In this document: positions 8,108 through 17,290 of the stretch, piece after piece
Numbering within the stretch: the stretch's first letter is position 1
How the letters are laid out: each line of letters begins with the position of its first letter
Assembly (NCBI GenBank): GCA_024276575.1
Contig: JAJRWY010000065.1
Coordinates: 15 to 64,014, forward strand
Origin: Candidatus Binatota bacterium
GTDB taxonomy: Bacteria; Desulfobacterota; Binatia; UBA1149; CAITLU01
DNA length: 64,000 nt
Direction of reading: 5' to 3'
Translations under genes and position numbers: made by a program
Notes under the pieces: generated by a model
What the model was told of the DNA's origin: nothing
The model's database searches: none
Seen by the model: the letters and a program-made list of their open reading frames with translations, nothing else

Positions 8108-9580
8108 ATGAAATTTGCAGTGACGCGATCGTTCTCTGTCCGCCGAGCTGCGCGGATAACCACTGTCTTGTCCTTGCCGCTACCGTTTTTGCTCGCCGCT
8201 TGCGGTGGTTCGAGTAGCCTGAGCAATCCTGAGTCTCCCAACGCGGTCGCGACCGCGGCCGCGCGCATCGTGGATGTCGGCGGCCGTTATGAGCTAAGCG
8301 GTGCCTCCTCTACTGATCCGAGCGGTCGCGAGGACCAGTTCAGCTTTACCTGGAGCATCGTCAATCCGGGCGCGAATACTAGATTCGATGACCATTGTGC
8401 CGACGATTTTGCCGAGATCTGTACCAGTAACGTCGACGATCGTTGTCGTGACGTCCCAGATACGCTCTGTACCACCAATGCCGACTGCGGCGAGTTCGAT
8501 GAGTGCAAACTGGGATCGGGCACCAGCTCAGATCAATGCACCACTGGACGTTGCGCCATCGGGGATGGCGACACCAACGAATCGGCGACTTTTGTTGCAG
8601 ACGTTCCCGGTCCTTTCGAGGTTCGGATGGTTGTGCAAACGGATGCCGCCAGCGACATCGACACCATCATCCTCGATACCTATCCTTCTTTGTATGTCGT
8701 CGGTTCCTTGCTCGCTTTCGGTGGTACCGGCGGAGCGTTTCTGGGCGAGTTGACGGATGCGGCCGTATTTGCGGCGGGGGCTTCGGCGGGGGCGTCCAAT
8801 CCTCTCAACGGCGATTTACTGCTGATCGATTCCTCCATAGGGGTGCTGCGACGTTTCGATCTGAGAAGCGGCGAGGTCTTGGGCGCTTTTGGAGAGAGTG
8901 ACGCTCAAGTGGACTCTCCCGTTGCCCTGGCTTTCGATCAGGATGGAGATCTCTACGTTGCTCAGGCCGACGGAGTCGTGAAGGTTTTCGACGGCGAAAC
9001 CGGATTGTTGATTTCGAGCTTGTCCGGCATCGGCAGTGACGTCGTGGCGATCGCGATCTCGCCTTTGAGCGGGGACCTTTTAGTTGCCGATGCGGTACCC
9101 GCCGCCGGGATTCGTGCGTATGGACTGGACGGCACTTCCAAGGGAGTGCTCGGTTCTACCTCTACGGCGGCAGATCGGATCGTCGATTTTGCCTTCTACG
9201 GCGACCCCGTGGAGGCACTTTTCATTGCCGATCGCAGCGGCACAGTGATTTACTGTGCTCCCGACGGGACTTCTTGCGCGGAATTTGCCGGGTTGGCATC
9301 GCTGCTGGGGGCTGCGGGTCCCAGCGCGATTGCCGTCAATCCGAGCGCGGTGGACACTTCGGCGCAAATTCTTATCGCCGACCCCAGCGATTCCGGGCGG
9401 GTGATCGCCTGCGACGAGAGCGGCACGACTTGCACTACCTTCGGAGAGACCGGAGACGGCGGTGCCGGTGGGGCTTTCAGTTCGAGTTTCAAAGACATCT
9501 TTTTTGCTCCGCCGGTGATGCCTACCTCGACCACCGTAACCACGACGACATCATCAACGACTACGACGACTGTGCCGTGA
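8108..9580 (+). CDS. lipoprotein with a PKD-like domain carrying a Cys-rich insert, NHL-type beta-propeller repeats and a Thr-rich C-terminal tail
   Basis: ATG 8108 gives a signal peptide with lipobox LLAAC. PKD-like blocks are SSTDP..FSFTW and PGPFEVRMVVQTD. There are 8 Cys between aa 97 and 149. Repeated L(Y/L)VAD/IAD..G.(V/I) strands are NHL-like. The protein ends PTSTTVTTTTSSTTTTTVP. Confidence 0.7.
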   Translation: MKFAVTRSFSVRRAARITTVLSLPLPFLLAACGGSSSLSNPESPNAVATAAARIVDVGGRYELSGASSTDPSGREDQFSFTWSIVNPGANTRFDDHCADDFAEICTSNVDDRCRDVPDTLCTTNADCGEFDECKLGSGTSSDQCTTGRCAIGDGDTNESATFVADVPGPFEVRMVVQTDAASDIDTIILDTYPSLYVVGSLLAFGGTGGAFLGELTDAAVFAAGASAGASNPLNGDLLLIDSSIGVLRRFDLRSGEVLGAFGESDAQVDSPVALAFDQDGDLYVAQADGVVKVFDGETGLLISSLSGIGSDVVAIAISPLSGDLLVADAVPAAGIRAYGLDGTSKGVLGSTSTAADRIVDFAFYGDPVEALFIADRSGTVIYCAPDGTSCAEFAGLASLLGAAGPSAIAVNPSAVDTSAQILIADPSDSGRVIACDESGTTCTTFGETGDGGAGGAFSSSFKDIFFAPPVMPTSTTVTTTTSSTTTTTVP

Positions 9581-9760
9581 CGCGCTCGAGGATGACAGCT
9601 ATAGTCCGCATGGATGCTGGCGCCGGTATTGCGGCCGGCTGTGTGGGGATGCACGGGACGGCGACTGCGTTTCTAGGAGCCGCTTCGATGCGGGAGTTGC
9701 GCGACGTATGGACGCATGCCGCATGCGAAGCCGCCCGATTGCTGGACTGAGGCCTGCTGG

Positions 9761-10912
9761 ATGCACGAACGGGCCTACTTCGAAAAGAGGGAGAAAGAGG
9801 GATTGGCCCCTTATGCCATGCTTTCTTCCGCCAGCCGTGGCCGTGAACATGCCGAGCCGGAACATCGCTTTCGCATGGCCTTCCAACGCGATCGTGATCG
9901 CATCATTCATTCGAGTGGATTTCGCAGGCTCGAGTACAAGACCCAAGTCTTCGTGAATCACGAGGGCGACTATTATCGAACCCGCCTGACCCACACCATG
10001 GAGACCGCCCAGATTACGCGTACCATTGCTCGCGCGATGTTGCTCAACGTCGATTTGGCCGAAACTATTGCTCTGGCTCACGACATGGGACACACGCCGT
10101 TTGGGCACGCAGGTGAAGAAGTGCTTTCGCTCCTGATGCAAGAGCACGGAGGTTTCGATCACAACAGCCAGAGTCTTCGCATAGTTGAGGTGTTGGAACG
10201 GCGCTATCCCAACTTCCCGGGCCTGAATCTCACCTTCGAGGTGCGTGAGGGGATAGTCAAACATTCCGCGCCGCAGGGCCGCGGCCGCTTGGCCGCGTTC
10301 GACCCAGAACTCGAGCCGCCGCTGGAGGCTCAGCTCGTCGATCTGTGCGATGAGATCGCCTACAACAGTCACGACATCGACGATGGCCTCCAGTCGGGCA
10401 TGCTTCATGCCGAAGACCTCGACGGGGTCGAGCTGTGGCAGCAGAGTTTTGTGGCCGTAAAGGGTAGGAACCCGGCTGCTGACTTTTCGGTGCTGCGCTA
10501 CCAGACGGTTCGCGCCATGATCGACCGCCTAGTCATAGACCTCATCGAAAACACGGAAGCGCGACTGAAGGAGCTTGGTATCACTACCGTCGACGATATC
10601 CGGGCTGTTGCGGGGCCGGTTGCCGGGTTTAGCCCGCAGATCGCCGGGCAAGTGGCTGCGCTCAAGGAGCGTTTGATGGAGCGGCTCTACCGTCATCACC
10701 GGGTGCGTAGGATGGCGGCCAAGGCCAAACGGGTCATGACGGGAATCTTCCGAGCCTATATAGAAGACCCCGCCCAGATGCCGCCGCATATCGCCGGCCG
10801 GGCCCAGATCGATCCAGCGGCCCGGGTAGTGGCCGATTACATAGCCGGCATGACCGATCGTTTTGCTCTCGAGGAATATGCCAAGCTCTACGATCCGTTG
10901 GAGCGCGTTTGA
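9761..10912 (+). CDS. dgt: dGTP triphosphohydrolase-like HD-domain protein
   Basis: FQRDRDRIIHS, YRTRLTHTMETAQI and the HD motif LAHDMGHTPFGH. ATG 9761 gives the usual N-terminus (..LAPYA..S..SRGR). Confidence 0.9.
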   Translation: MHERAYFEKREKEGLAPYAMLSSASRGREHAEPEHRFRMAFQRDRDRIIHSSGFRRLEYKTQVFVNHEGDYYRTRLTHTMETAQITRTIARAMLLNVDLAETIALAHDMGHTPFGHAGEEVLSLLMQEHGGFDHNSQSLRIVEVLERRYPNFPGLNLTFEVREGIVKHSAPQGRGRLAAFDPELEPPLEAQLVDLCDEIAYNSHDIDDGLQSGMLHAEDLDGVELWQQSFVAVKGRNPAADFSVLRYQTVRAMIDRLVIDLIENTEARLKELGITTVDDIRAVAGPVAGFSPQIAGQVAALKERLMERLYRHHRVRRMAAKAKRVMTGIFRAYIEDPAQMPPHIAGRAQIDPAARVVADYIAGMTDRFALEEYAKLYDPLERV

Positions 10913-11033
10913 GCGGGGGTGGCATGGCAATTGGGCGATTGGTAGGTGGACGCTAGTTGACATAATATATCTTATCAGACGTTGCATTGTAGCTCCCATG
11001 TAGAAATGTCCGGTTTCGGGTCACACGGGTGGC

Positions 11034-11245
11034 ATGACGGAGCACGTGACATTGAGCCACAAGGAACTGGACCGATTGTAGATTCTCTACTCGACTTGGC
11101 GAAAAGCGCCTGACGCAGTGTCAGGCCGGTGAGCTACTCGGCGTTGGCGAACGTCAGGTACGCAGGCTGGTTCGCGCCTTGGAGACCAACGGGGCCGCAG
11201 GCCTAGGCCTCACGGCGTGGTGGTCGGAGCAGTCCGCGCCGTTTC
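11034..11245 (+). mobile_element. decayed N-terminal HTH fragment of an rve-type (IS481/ISNCY-like) transposase
   Basis: MTEHVTLSHKELDRL, then TAG (11079-11081), then a +1 shift to STRLGEKRLTQCQAGELLGVGERQVRRLVRALETNGAAGL, then a second +1 shift to SRRGGRSSPRRF. No integrase core follows. An AT-rich stretch (10950-11010) lies just upstream. Confidence 0.6.
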
Positions 11246-11374
11246 GCGGCGGGATCAATACCCTCGGCTTGCGATAGGCCTTCTTCACATACTTGCGCTG
11301 GCTACGTTTGAAAACGCTCATGAGGAACCTCTAATCCGCGAGCAAAGGGCAAGTATGGACCTAAATCCCGGGTT

Positions 11375-11952
11375 GTGCACCAAGGCAGTCCGTCGGCAAT
11401 TCTGATTGTCGTCGATCAGACAGTAGAGGTAAGCTTCATTGACCCGGCCATCCATCCGCACAAAGGTGTCTACGAAGCTATTCAGGTGGCGAAGAGGGCC
11501 GGCATCAAGCTGCGGATCGCCGGCATCGTGCAGGATCAGGACTATTTCGCCACTAAGGTCGAACCGTACCTTGACGGCGTAACAGTGGAATACCTGGGGG
11601 CCGTGGGGCCTGACCGACGCGGCGAGTTGCTGGGGCAAGCGACCGCATTATTGCACCTGATCAGCTTCGACGAGCCATTTGGTTTGAGTCTGGTGGAATC
11701 CATGGCATGCGGAACGCCGGTCATTGCGTTTGGCCGCGGTTCGATGGCAGAGATTATTCGCCACGAAGAAACCGGCTACATCGTTACGGATATTGACGAG
11801 GCGGTCGAAGCGGTGGCTGCAGTAGGTTCAATTAGTCGCGCCGCTTGTCGGCAAGATGTTGAGCAGCGTTTCTCACACACACACGGATGGCGCAAGATTA
11901 CGTGACAGCGTACCGAAGAATTCTGCAACCAGGAGCGGGCGATGGAGAATGA
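11375..11952 (+). pseudogene. C-terminal half of a family 4 glycosyltransferase, 5'-truncated and frameshifted
   Basis: GT4 C-domain blocks are present: HKGV..AI..A, LRIAG, YLG.V, DEPFGLSLVESMACGTPVIAF, ETGYIV. The N-terminal domain is absent. The reading frame breaks in a (CA)5.5 run (11874-11884). Adding one CA restores RFSHTHTRMAQDYVTAYRRIL... with a stop at 11950-11952. Confidence 0.65.
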
Positions 11953-12049
11953 CCCAATCGTGAGGCGTTATGAAGGTAACCCGATTCTCACCAGGCATGA
12001 CGTACCTTACCCCGTGGAGACCGTCCACAATGTGGGAATCACCTCGTAG
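11942..12049 (+). pseudogene. 35-codon N-terminal stub resembling a GH130-type glycoside phosphorylase
   Basis: MENDPIVRRYEGNPILTRHDVPYPVETVHNVGITS then TAG. The RYEGNPILT..D.PY....V.N.G pattern is typical of GH130 N-termini. The ATG overlaps the restored GT4 stop. Confidence 0.4.
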
Positions 12050-12060
12050 CATATACTCGT

Positions 12061-12777
12061 ATGAACCTCCTTGGCAGAAACCTTCGCGATTGGCTGATTC
12101 TCGCGCTAGTCATCGGTGTTGGTGGCACGATCACGATTGCAGGAAGGCCGCCGGCCATGGCGGCCGATGCCGCCGTTTCGGTCGCGCCGCCGTCGTGGAT
12201 AGCTCATCCCGGCGCTCCATTCGCGGTGATGGCCACCGAGGTAAGTGCCGCCCAGTTTGCTTCCTGTGTGCAAGCCGGCGCCTGCGACCAGTCCACGGTC
12301 AATGCGAAGTGCAACTACGGGCGCCCGGACAAGAGCGACCATCCCGTCAATTGTGTCAGCTTTGACGGGGCCGAACAGTACTGCGTGTTTGCCGCAGGAA
12401 GGCTGTGCAGCGAGCAGGAATGGCTCGCCGCCTGCCGCGGAAGCGACGGGCGTGCCTTCCCTTATGGAAACGTATTCGATCCGTCGGTATGCAACTCACA
12501 GTCGGCCACGGAAACCGTAGAAGGCCGTGCGGTGGAAACTCTTCCGGTGGCTGCGTTGCCGGGCTGCGAGGGCGGCCTTCCCGGCCTCTTCGACATGGCC
12601 GGCAATGTCGCCGAATGGATTGCGGACTGTAAAGGAAGCTACTGCAAGTTTCGTGGCGGAGGCTACCTTAGCAACGCTCCGGTCGAGCGCTTCACGGGCT
12701 GCTCGAGCATTTGTTCCGGTAACCAGAAGACCCTGCAATCGGCAACGGTAGGTTTCCGTTGCTGCCAGGACCGCTAG
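12061..12777 (+). CDS. secreted formylglycine-generating-enzyme (SUMF1/FGE-sulfatase) domain protein
   Basis: ATG start with a signal-like N-terminus. Motifs are HPVNCVSFDGAEQYC, CSEQEWLAACRG, FPYGN, GLFDMAGNVAEW, RGGGY and GFRCC. Confidence 0.8.
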   Translation: MNLLGRNLRDWLILALVIGVGGTITIAGRPPAMAADAAVSVAPPSWIAHPGAPFAVMATEVSAAQFASCVQAGACDQSTVNAKCNYGRPDKSDHPVNCVSFDGAEQYCVFAAGRLCSEQEWLAACRGSDGRAFPYGNVFDPSVCNSQSATETVEGRAVETLPVAALPGCEGGLPGLFDMAGNVAEWIADCKGSYCKFRGGGYLSNAPVERFTGCSSICSGNQKTLQSATVGFRCCQDR

Positions 12778-12846
12778 GCGGCGCCGAGGTTTTGCGCCGA
12801 TCCTCGCCCGCCTGCCGCGTTCGTTACAACGTTTGCTCGGGAGACT

Positions 12847-12873
12847 GATCGACGACAATTACTGTCGTCGATC
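12847..12873 (+). terminator. perfect 11-bp stem / 5-nt loop hairpin at the convergent strand-switch point
   Basis: GATCGACGACA-ATTAC-TGTCGTCGATC followed by TTTAC. The T-tract is weak, so intrinsic terminator function is tentative. Confidence 0.4.
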
Positions 12874-12958
12874 TTTACGCATGACTGGGGCGGTTGCGCA
12901 AGGATCGATTCTGGATCGAAGCACCGCAGTCGTTTCAGCGTTCGATTGGGAGACTTCC

Positions 12959-13906
12959 CTATGGTGCGTCGGTCGCGGCGGCGCTTTCGGCGAGTTCTTC
13001 GCTGTGGGATGCCGGCGCCGAGGCCACCACTGCCGAGATTGCGCCAAGGGCTATGAATCCGCCCGTTAGTTGCAGGCTGCTCAAGCTCTCGCCGAGCAGC
13101 ATCCAGGCACCGAAGCTTGCAAGCAAAGGCACCGCGAGCAGCATTATCGACACCGACAAAGCCCTTGTGTGTGCATGGGCCCAATTCACCAGCACATGGC
13201 CGAGCGTACCCGGAAACACGGCGATCGCTAGCAGTACCGCCCAGTCGTAGCCTTGCGGGGAACTCAGCGGCTCGCCAAGAGCAATGGCAGTAGCCAGCAT
13301 CCATAAGCCGGCTACTGTCGTCATTCCGATTACATACTCCCAGCTTCCAACCCGGGTCCGAATGCGCTTTGAGGCTAGAAAATAAGCGCTAAACGCGAAT
13401 AAGTTCATGCAGGCCATGAGGTCACCAGTGGGGCTCCAAGAGGCCGCCGAGCTTGCGCCGAGCACCATCAAAGAGGTGCCGGCGAAGGCCAACGCGGTCC
13501 ACAATTTTGCCCGGGTGCTGCTGTGTTCGCCGAACATGGGTCCCGCTACGCTGAGAACCACTGCCGGCTGCAAGGCTCCAATCACCGTGACATTGGCGAC
13601 GGTGGTGAGCTTCAGGGAAGAAAAAAAGAGGATCTGGTGCAAGTAGAACAAGGTGCCACCCACGGCACAGGCTTTCAACCAGTGCCGGTCGAATTTGCCA
13701 CGCAGGCCGGGGCGCAGCAGCGGTAGCAGCCACAACAGAGGAATTGCGAACCAGAGGCGGTAGAACGCGGTAACAATGCCGCTCGGCGACACCCACTTTA
13801 TGGCAATGCCACTGCTTCCCCATAGCAACACGGCTGTGGCAACGGCCCACAGCGCCCGGCGCTCAACGGTCATGAGTGCTCCGACGGCGGGAGTGTTGAT
13901 CTTCAC
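12959..13906 (-). CDS. EamA/DMT-family transporter
   Basis: About 10 TM segments and the two-repeat EamA-like pattern (LLWGSSGIAIKW...). Start is GTG 13906 or ATG 13873. Confidence 0.8.
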   Translation of the reverse strand: MKINTPAVGALMTVERRALWAVATAVLLWGSSGIAIKWVSPSGIVTAFYRLWFAIPLLWLLPLLRPGLRGKFDRHWLKACAVGGTLFYLHQILFFSSLKLTTVANVTVIGALQPAVVLSVAGPMFGEHSSTRAKLWTALAFAGTSLMVLGASSAASWSPTGDLMACMNLFAFSAYFLASKRIRTRVGSWEYVIGMTTVAGLWMLATAIALGEPLSSPQGYDWAVLLAIAVFPGTLGHVLVNWAHAHTRALSVSIMLLAVPLLASFGAWMLLGESLSSLQLTGGFIALGAISAVVASAPASHSEELAESAAATDAP

Positions 13907-13978
13907 AGGAAGCGGGATGCCAAAGACCGGTCGCGCTCACACAGCGGAGGCCGGCGTCGTGGAAGCTGGAGGCGGAGG

Positions 13979-14935
13979 CTATTTCCTGGCTGTCCATAAA
14001 GTCACGGTCAGGCTATTGCCGCCGCCACCGCCGGCGGGCTCAAGATGATTTGTGCTTACCGGACGCAGGCCCGCGCCTTTGCAGTAGCGGCGAATTTCCC
14101 GGTCGGAAAAGCCGAGCCGGCGATGTGCGTACTGGTCGCGAAGAAACTCCAGCTCATGAGGGGCGAAGTCGACGATCAAGAGTTTTCCACCTGCTTTCAG
14201 CAAGCGGCCGGCTTCCTCGAGCGCGGCGGCCGGGTCGTCAAGGAAGTGCAAGACCTGATGCAGAGTAAGCAGATCGGCGCAGCCGCCGGGCAGCGGTATG
14301 TCGTAGATGTCGCCGTGGCGGACTTGGCAGTTGGAGACTCCCTTGTTGTGGAGTTTGCTGCGTGCGAGATTGAGCATCTGGTGGCTGGTATCGATACCGA
14401 TGCCACGCTCGATGCGGTCGCTGAAGAGTTCCAGCATACGCCCGGTGCCGGTCCCTAGATCGACGAGCAGCCCGGTGGGGCAGGCTTCCCCGCCGCCCTC
14501 TCCCGCCGCCGCCAGCATGGCTTTCTCGACCTCGTTCTCGTCGACGTGCAAGCCGCGAATACGGTCCCAGGCTTCCGCGTTATCTCGAAAGTAAGCGGCC
14601 GCGGCTGCAGTTCTCTCCTCTCTCACCCGTCGCAGACGCTCCGCATCCCTGCCGGCCTCTCCGTTGCAGTCGCGCAGCAAGCCGAGTAGTGACCCGGCTA
14701 TGCGGGCGCCCTCCCCTTGTTCGGCCAGGCGATAGAAGACCCAGGAGCCTTCCTTCAAGCGTTCGATCAGTCCGGCATCGCAAAGCAGCTTGAGGTGGCG
14801 GCTTATGCGAGGCTGGCTTTACTGTATGACCCGCGTGATCTCGGTGACGGTGAGTTCGCCTTCCGCGAGCAGTGCGAGAATCCGGAGCCTAGTGGCTTCG
14901 GCTCCGGCTTTGAGTCCGGCCAGAAGAGCTTGCAT
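13979..14935 (-). pseudogene. ArsR-family wHTH fused to a SAM-dependent methyltransferase, interrupted by an in-frame TAA at codon 39
   Basis: Reading from ATG 14935 gives MQALLAGLKAGAEATRLRILALLAEGELTVTEITRVIQ-TAA(14819-14821)-SQPRISRHLKLLCDAGLIERLKEGSWVFYRL..., then the methyltransferase motif LLVDLGTGTGR. The whole 957 nt is in one frame. The track ORF (13979-14758) is only the distal part, starting at TTG. Confidence 0.7.
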
Positions 14936-14964
14936 GCTGCGTCGCCGCCCGAAGTGTTCCCAGG

Positions 14965-16383
14965 CTAGTAGCGGTAGTGATCAGGCTTGTATGGACCTTC
15001 TACCGCAACGCCTATGTAATCGGCTTGATGCTGGCTCAACTTACTGAGCTTTGCGCCGATCTTTTGTAGGTGCAGCCTGGCGACTTGTTCGTCCAAGTGC
15101 TTGGGAAGCACATAGACTTCCTTTGCGTACTTGTCCGTGTGTTGCCACAACTCGATCTGCGCCAGCACTTGATTGCTAAACGAGTTCGACATCACGAAAC
15201 TGGGATGCCCGGTTGCGCAACCGAGGTTCACTAGGCGCCCCTCGGCCAGCAGGATGATGCGTTTGCCGTCGGGGAATATGATGTGGTCGACCTGCGGTTT
15301 GATATTCTCCCAGGTGCAGTCCTTGAGTCCGGCTACATCGATCTCGCTGTCGAAATGGCCGATGTTGCACACGATGGCCTGGTCTTTCATTCGCGCCATG
15401 TGGTCACGGCTGATCACATGATAGTTGCCGGTTGCCGTCACGAAGATGTCCGCTTCCCCTGCAGCATCGTCCATGGTGACCACCCGGTAGCCTTCCATCG
15501 CCGCTTGCAGAGCGCATATCGGATCGATCTCGGTCACCCAGACCGTGCAGCCGAGCCCGCGCAAGGATTGGGCGCAGCCTTTGCCTACGTCTCCGTAGCC
15601 GCAAACCAGCGCGATCTTGCCGGCCATCATCACGTCGGTAGCGCGCTTGATGCCGTCGACCAAGGATTCGCGGCAGCCGTAGAGGTTGTCGAACTTACTC
15701 TTGGTAACCGAATCGTTGACGTTGATGGCCGGAAAAGGCAGTTCGCCGTTGCTTTGCATGTGGTAGAGGCGATGCACTCCGGTGGTGGTCTCCTCGCTTA
15801 CCCCTTTGATGTTGGCTTGTATGCGCGAATAGAAGGAGGAATCGGAGGCCAAGCGCTCGCGAATCGAGGCAAACAGGACGGTTTCCTCTTCGCTACCCGG
15901 GTTGGACAGCACGGAGGGGTCTTTCTCAGCTTTACTGCCGAGGATGACCAGCAAGGTTGCGTCTCCACCATCGTCGAGAATGAGGTTCGGGGTTCCACCG
16001 TCGCTCCATTCCATTATTCGGTGAGCGTAGTTCCAGTACTCTTCGAGGCTCTCGCCTTTGTAGGCGAAGACCGGAATGCCGCGTTCGGCGATGGCAGCGG
16101 CGGCGTGGTCTTGAGTGGAAAAAATGTTACAGGAGGCCCAGCGGACTTCCGCTCCAAGCTCGATGAGAGTCTCGATCAAGACTCCGGTTTGGATGGTCAT
16201 ATGCAGCGAGCCCGCGATCCGCGCGCCTGCCAGCGGTTTACTCGCTCCGTATTGCTCGCGTAGCGCCATCAGACCCGGCATCTCGGTCTCGGCGATGGCT
16301 AGCTCCTTGCGCCCCCACCCGGCAAGTCCGAGGTCGGCTACATGGAAATCTTTAGAAACTTGTTCTGCGCTTGGTGTGGGCAT
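14965..16383 (-). CDS. ahcY: adenosylhomocysteinase
   Basis: 472 aa with ATG start. It carries the NAD-binding motif [11 protein letters not shown] and conserved [15 protein letters not shown] and [11 protein letters not shown] blocks. Confidence 0.97.
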   Translation of the reverse strand: MPTPSAEQVSKDFHVADLGLAGWGRKELAIAETEMPGLMALREQYGASKPLAGARIAGSLHMTIQTGVLIETLIELGAEVRWASCNIFSTQDHAAAAIAERGIPVFAYKGESLEEYWNYAHRIMEWSDGGTPNLILDDGGDATLLVILGSKAEKDPSVLSNPGSEEETVLFASIRERLASDSSFYSRIQANIKGVSEETTTGVHRLYHMQSNGELPFPAINVNDSVTKSKFDNLYGCRESLVDGIKRATDVMMAGKIALVCGYGDVGKGCAQSLRGLGCTVWVTEIDPICALQAAMEGYRVVTMDDAAGEADIFVTATGNYHVISRDHMARMKDQAIVCNIGHFDSEIDVAGLKDCTWENIKPQVDHIIFPDGKRIILLAEGRLVNLGCATGHPSFVMSNSFSNQVLAQIELWQHTDKYAKEVYVLPKHLDEQVARLHLQKIGAKLSKLSQHQADYIGVAVEGPYKPDHYRY

Positions 16384-16434
16384 ATCCGCTGGGTCCTCTC
16401 TACGCGGCCTTTTTTACGGCCGGAAATGCATGCA

Positions 16435-16463
16435 AATATAACGATATCTTTATATTTAGTCAA
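16435..16463 (-). promoter_or_regulatory. sigma70-type promoter for ahcY: TTGACT-N17-TATATT
   Basis: Read on the - strand: -35 at 16463-16458 and -10 at 16440-16435. It lies in an AT-rich patch ~50 nt upstream of the ahcY ATG. Confidence 0.5.
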
Positions 16464-16529
16464 AAGAAGGGGTCGCCGGGGAAAGTAAAGTTTCGCCGTT
16501 CGACGTACCCCGGATCGAGATGCTGAGGT

Positions 16530-17204
16530 TCAGGCCGCGCCTTTTCGCAATTCTTCCAGGCGTTGGGACAGCTCTTCTGCGTTTAGGCCGGAAAAATTCT
16601 TTTCCAGCAGCCTTTCTATTGCATCGGCCGCGGCGGCTTTATCTGCGGTGTTATCCGCCACCCGCAGGCGCGCTAGAAGAGCGTGTTTGGTGAAGGGGCC
16701 GTCGATGTCGCCGGCCTTGGCGTAGTTATCCAGAGCTTTCGAGGCCGCCCCTGACATCTCTAGTGCATAGGCCTCGCCCATCAGCGCAGCCTGCCGCAGA
16801 TAGTCAGTGTCGGCACTTTCCAGAAACGCTTCGTATTCGGCGGTGGCTGTCTCGTAGTCTCCGTCCCTGGCGGCCAAGTCGGCCTTGTAGAGTCGCGCCA
16901 ACTCTCCATAGGGGCCCGAGTTGGAAGCTCCGGTGAGTCCGTCGAAACCGGCCTTGGCTGCTGCTTCACTGTTGAACTCAAGGTTGTTCAGCGCCCGGGC
17001 AAAGGCAGCGGCTGCGTTTTCCCGCGCATTGTGTATGTAGGCCCGGCCGCCTACGAGCAGAAGGAAGACGGCCAAGAGCCCGCCGGCGATGAGCGCGGCC
17101 TGGCTCTTGTTTTCCTCGAGGTAGCGGTTCACCTTGCCGACTGTTTCAAAAAACTGATCCGGCTCTTTTAAGTCTTTACGATCGAACTTTTCTTTCTCGG
17201 CCAT
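16530..17204 (-). CDS. membrane-anchored TPR-like protein (YfgM-like)
   Basis: ATG 17204 gives MAEKEKFDRKDLKEPDQFFE.., a single TM (AALIAGGLLAVFLLLVGG) and then a helical Ala-rich TPR-like domain. The longer track start is an unlikely Arg-rich extension. Confidence 0.55.
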   Translation of the reverse strand: MAEKEKFDRKDLKEPDQFFETVGKVNRYLEENKSQAALIAGGLLAVFLLLVGGRAYIHNARENAAAAFARALNNLEFNSEAAAKAGFDGLTGASNSGPYGELARLYKADLAARDGDYETATAEYEAFLESADTDYLRQAALMGEAYALEMSGAASKALDNYAKAGDIDGPFTKHALLARLRVADNTADKAAAADAIERLLEKNFSGLNAEELSQRLEELRKGAA

Positions 17205-17290
17205 CTGGGATGTCCTTATTGCTCTGGTGGGCTTAACAGGGCGGCCCGTTTCGGATTTTGCCAACGAGATCCCGGCAGCGGTCTCAGGGA

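Noticed and set aside
11152-11322. Small - strand ORF MSVFKRSQRKYVKKAYRKPRVL... with an AGAGG RBS, antisense to the transposase remnant
   Set aside because: The first ~17 residues vaguely recall IS5-type transposase N-termini, but the similarity stops immediately. It is too short and ambiguous to call.
11079-14821. Stop-codon reassignment suggested by TAG (11079) and TAA (14819) at positions that are normally Gln
   Set aside because: TAA terminates guaA and guaB, and TAG terminates dnaA, ahcY and lipB at the expected protein ends. Both codons therefore function as normal stops, and the two cases are better read as nonsense mutations.
15283-16263. 326-aa + strand ORF antisense to ahcY. Similar long antisense ORFs occur at 25385-26521, 27027-28049, 37674-38837, 39483-40772, 43798-44916 and 51478-52695.
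   Set aside because: All lie fully inside strongly motif-supported genes on the opposite strand. They are Arg/Gly/His-rich with no motifs, which is typical of shadow ORFs in GC-rich DNA.
16384-16529. SAH riboswitch upstream of ahcY
   Set aside because: The leader from the predicted TSS is only ~45 nt. I could not find the conserved SAH-riboswitch pseudoknot core, only a small GGCC hairpin and an RBS.
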